Positions 60,901-64,000 of a stretch of DNA of 64,000 bases are shown piece after piece. The first letter of the stretch is position 1, and each line of letters starts with the position of its first letter. The notes beneath the pieces were generated by a model, which saw only the letters and a list, made by a program, of their open reading frames with translations, was not told the DNA's origin and did not search any database. Source of the stretch: Macrostomum lignano. Taxonomy: Eukaryota. The position numbers and the translations under genes are program-made. The stretch spans positions 1 to 64,000 of the forward strand of contig NIVC01003342.1 in NCBI GenBank assembly GCA_002269645.1. Direction: 5' to 3'.

Positions 60901-63470
60901 TTACACTAATGAGACTGGGACTCTGCTCCGAGACTGAGTCGGCAACTGCATATATACCAAAACAGCTCACCCGGCCGTTTAGGCAGCAGCGCGAGTACAT
61001 AGCACTTGAGCTCAATAAGCGCCAGGCTCAGGGCATCGGCAGGCCAGTCGTCAGCTTGGCCAGCCTGAAAGGCCAGCCGCTGCAGTTCCGGCAGGCCGGC
61101 TGCGATAACCGCCTGAGCAAACGCGGCGCTGCCTAGCAACCGTTCGACAGCAACTAGAGGCGAACTGCGCAGCTTAGCGGACAGCAGCTCGGGATTAACA
61201 GCCTCGTCGCTAGTAGACCGATCGGCTAAGCGGCGGAACAGAACTCGAAGCATAGCTAGCGTGTAAAATAGCTGTGACAGACAGGCGGATAGCTGGCTGT
61301 GGTATTCGGTTAGCAGAGTTACCAGGCATTTCACAAAGAAGCCGAATATCTTGGCGTCCTGAGGGCTGCCCCCGGTCTACAGTTTGTAACAGACAGAATT
61401 CAATTAGGTCATCCTAATTTTTACAACTATTAAAATTTTCAATACAAGGCAAACTTAATGAGAAATTACCTGAATAATCTGTCCCATCATTTGCCTAGTG
61501 ATTGACAATAGTTTAGCAACGATGTCGTCAATGTTAACGGAGTCGTGCAACAGGCAGATGTGCGATTCTGAAAGTGTGCTGCGAAAGAAACAACAAGTTT
61601 CTTTTGTTAAATACAGCTAGGCATTTACACCTGGGCAATTAGCATTTGGGATCAAGCTATCAACATTTTAAGGTGGATAAATATCGCTTTATGGATGGTC
61701 ATAGCTACATGACTCATTGATGGTCATAGCTACATGACTCATTGATGGTCATAGCTACATGACTCATTGATGGTCATAGCTACATGACTCATAAATGGTC
61801 ATAGCTACATGGCTCATGAATGGTCATAGCTACATGACTCATGGATGGTCATGGCTACATGACTCATGGATGGTCATAGCTACATGACTCATGGATGGTC
61901 ATAGCTACATGACTCATGAATGGTCATAGCTACATGATCCATTGATGGTCATATCTACATGGCTCATGGATGGTCATATCTACATGGCTCATGGATGGTC
62001 ATAGCAACATGACTTATGAATGGTTATAGCTACATGGCTCATGGATGGTCATGTCTACATGGCTCATGGATGGTCATAGCAACATGACTTATGAATGGTC
62101 ATAGCTACATGACTCATTGATGTTCATAGCTACATGGCTCATGGATGGTCATAGCAACATGACTTATGAATGGTTATAGCTACATGGCTCATGGATGGTC
62201 ATGTCTACATGGCTCATGGATGGTCATAGCAACATGACTTATGAATGGTCATAGCTACATGACTCATTGATGTTCATAGCTACATGGCTCATGGATGGTC
62301 ATAGCAACATGACTTATGAATGGTCATAGCTACATTACTCATGGATGGTCCTAGCTACATGACTCATGGATGGTCATAGCAACATGACTTATGAATGGTT
62401 ATAGCTACATGGCTCATGGATGGTCATGTCTACATGGCTCATGGATGGTCATAGCAACATGACTTATGAATGGTCATAGCTACATGACTCATTGATGTTC
62501 ATAGCTACATGGCTCATGGATGGTCATAGCAACATGACTTATGAATGGTCATAGCTACATTACTCATGGATGGTCCTAGCTACATGACTCATGGATGGTC
62601 ATAGCAACATGACTTATGAATGGTTATAGCTACATGGCTCATGGATGGTCATGTCTACATGGCTCATGGATGGTCATAGCAACATGACTTATGAATGGTC
62701 ATAGCTACATGACTCATTGATGTTCATAGCTACATGGCTCATGGATGGTCATAGCAACATGACTTATGAATGGTCATAGCTACATTACTCATGGATGGTC
62801 CTAGCTACATGACTCATGGTTGATCATAGCTAGACTAATGGATGGTTATAGCTTATATAGCTCATGAATGATCATAGCTTATATAGCTAATTGATGGTCA
62901 TAGCTACATGACTCATGGGTGATCATAGCTACATGACTCATTGATGGTCATAGCTACATGGCTCATGGATGGTCATAGCTAAATGACTCATGGATGTTCA
63001 TAGCTATATTTTCAGAGTTTCTCTCACCGAATAAGCGACTTCCAAGCAGTCACAGTAATACGCGGTTCCAACTCGAAGACAGAAGAAGCCAGAGCTGTCA
63101 GGGCGTAGGTCACTGCAAGTAGATTAAAGTGAAAGTTGACTTAAATAATTTATGTAAGGTTAAGCGGTAATAGGAAACCGAAGAACATGAGACCTCCCCA
63201 GGCTACGCACCGGCAGAAAGGTCATCTGCTGAAAAGTAGTCACGCATCTGCTGCGAATCAATGCTGTCTAGGCACTGAATACAGGCCTGCAATACAAAGT
63301 AGAACTTGGCGTAGTTTTCTAGATATAGAATTAGCTACGATGAGGTGCCAGATGACAGGTGGAAGACAAAACTAATAACTTACCGTGAGTGCCGTATAAG
63401 TGGCCTTGAAAAGGGAGCCGAGTATTGCGGACACCTGCTGCATTTGGGAGCCGTAGATCTTCGTACTTCT
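54933..63470 (-). CDS. FIRRM: FIRRM/C1orf112 (FIGNL1-interacting, DUF4487)-like; 5' end beyond the window
   Basis: Twelve phase-consistent exons: 63384-63470, 63211-63286, 63028-63112, 61470-61578, 60971-61376, 59567-59656, 59350-59483, 59192-59280, 57564-57717, 56796-56999, about 55810-56236, 54933-55471. Segments such as TAWKSLIR..IDDIVAKL, KIFGFFVKCL, YYHCIVLAV and ASDVLCFLLRYSSASFCA parallel human C1orf112 as recalled. Confidence 0.72.
56361..56612 (-). mobile_element. tRNA-derived SINE, near full-length copy
   Basis: On the minus strand, cagtggttagagcg (A box) ... ggggttcgtttc (B box) is followed by the shared SINE body. Confidence 0.8.
57915..58910. repeat. Intronic minisatellite, about 46-bp unit of 15-16 bp tccgac subunits
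   Basis: tccgacactacatc/tccgacacttaatatc/tccgacgcttcatacc repeated. Confidence 0.92.
58981..59150 (+). mobile_element. SINE, truncated copy
   Basis: Same body as the copies at 22903 and 56361. Confidence 0.7.
59709..60921. repeat. 24-bp intronic minisatellite (ttgcactaatgagactgggactat), about 50 copies
   Basis: Lies wholly inside the FIRRM intron 59657-60970. Confidence 0.95.
61695..63000. repeat. 21-bp intronic minisatellite (atggtcatagctacatgactc) with higher-order repeats
   Basis: Direct, about 60 copies. Confidence 0.93.
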
Positions 63471-63556
63471 CTGTAATTTCGGGGTATTCTAATGTGTATT
63501 CATTGTCAGAACGTGATGGAATAACCAACGAAACTTAACATTCCAAATGGAATTTG

Positions 63557-64000
63557 GAAGATTCTAAATGGGACCTGCAAGATTCCGAATGGGACCTACA
63601 AGATTCCGAATGGGACCTGCAAGATTCCGAATGGGACCTACAAGATTCCGAATGGGACCTACAAGATTCCGAATGGGACCTACAAGATTCCGAATGGGAC
63701 CTGCAAGATTCCGAATGGGACCTGCAAGATTCCGAATGGGACCTGCAAGATTCCGAATGGGACCTGCAAGATTCCGAATGGGACCTGCAAGATTCCGAAT
63801 GGGACCTGCAAGATTCCGAATGGGACCTGCAAGATTCCGAATGGGACCTGCAAGATTCCGAATGGGACCTGCAAGATTCCGAATGGGACCAACAAGATTC
63901 CGAATGGGATCTATAAGATTCCGGATGGGATCTGCAAGATTCCGAATGGGATCTACAAAATTCTAAATGGGACCTGCAGAATTCCGAATGGGATCTACAA
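63557..64000. repeat. 21-bp minisatellite (gggacctgcaagattccgaat)
   Basis: Direct. Runs to the window edge. Confidence 0.93.

Noticed and set aside
59681-61136. NETGT, SPSLIS and MRLGLF repeat ORFs resembling mucin or antifreeze proteins
   Set aside because: A 24-bp repeat lying entirely within a FIRRM intron bounded by good splice sites.
63331-63528. ORF MVIPSRSDNEY...
   Set aside because: Wrong frame. The FIRRM exon 63384-63470 uses another frame (RSTKIYGSQMQQVSAILGSLFKATY).
63554-63966. DSEWDLQ and related heptad ORFs
   Set aside because: Products of a 21-bp tandem repeat in a presumed intron; no start or splice context.

Overview
Eukaryotic (invertebrate) genomic DNA with GT-AG introns. 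GC/Ala-rich exons, minisatellite-filled introns and platyhelminth-style orphan GPCRs suggest a free-living flatworm such as Macrostomum; this is inference, not verified. Six spliced genes lie on the minus strand. From right to left they are FIRRM/C1orf112-like (5' end beyond the window), importin-13, ANKRD16-like, G9a/EHMT-like, a secreted C-type-lectin-like gene with one in-frame UAG, and the 5' part of a twitchin-like Ig gene. Two intronless class A GPCR paralogs lie on the plus strand. The standout is a 10.7-kb, very young Ty3/gypsy LTR element (39133-49825, minus strand, near-identical 1.07-kb LTRs, 4-bp TSD) with an unusual order: gag, then a herpesvirus-gB-like class III envelope, then pol, then a small N-myristoylated RING ORF. 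The Env cytoplasmic tail carries clustered LYPSI, PTAP and PPNY late-domain motifs. Also present are a CMC/EnSpm-like TIR element with a decayed BEN-like ORF, SINE and MITE copies, and many intronic satellites. All domain calls come from manual motif recognition; no database searches were run.
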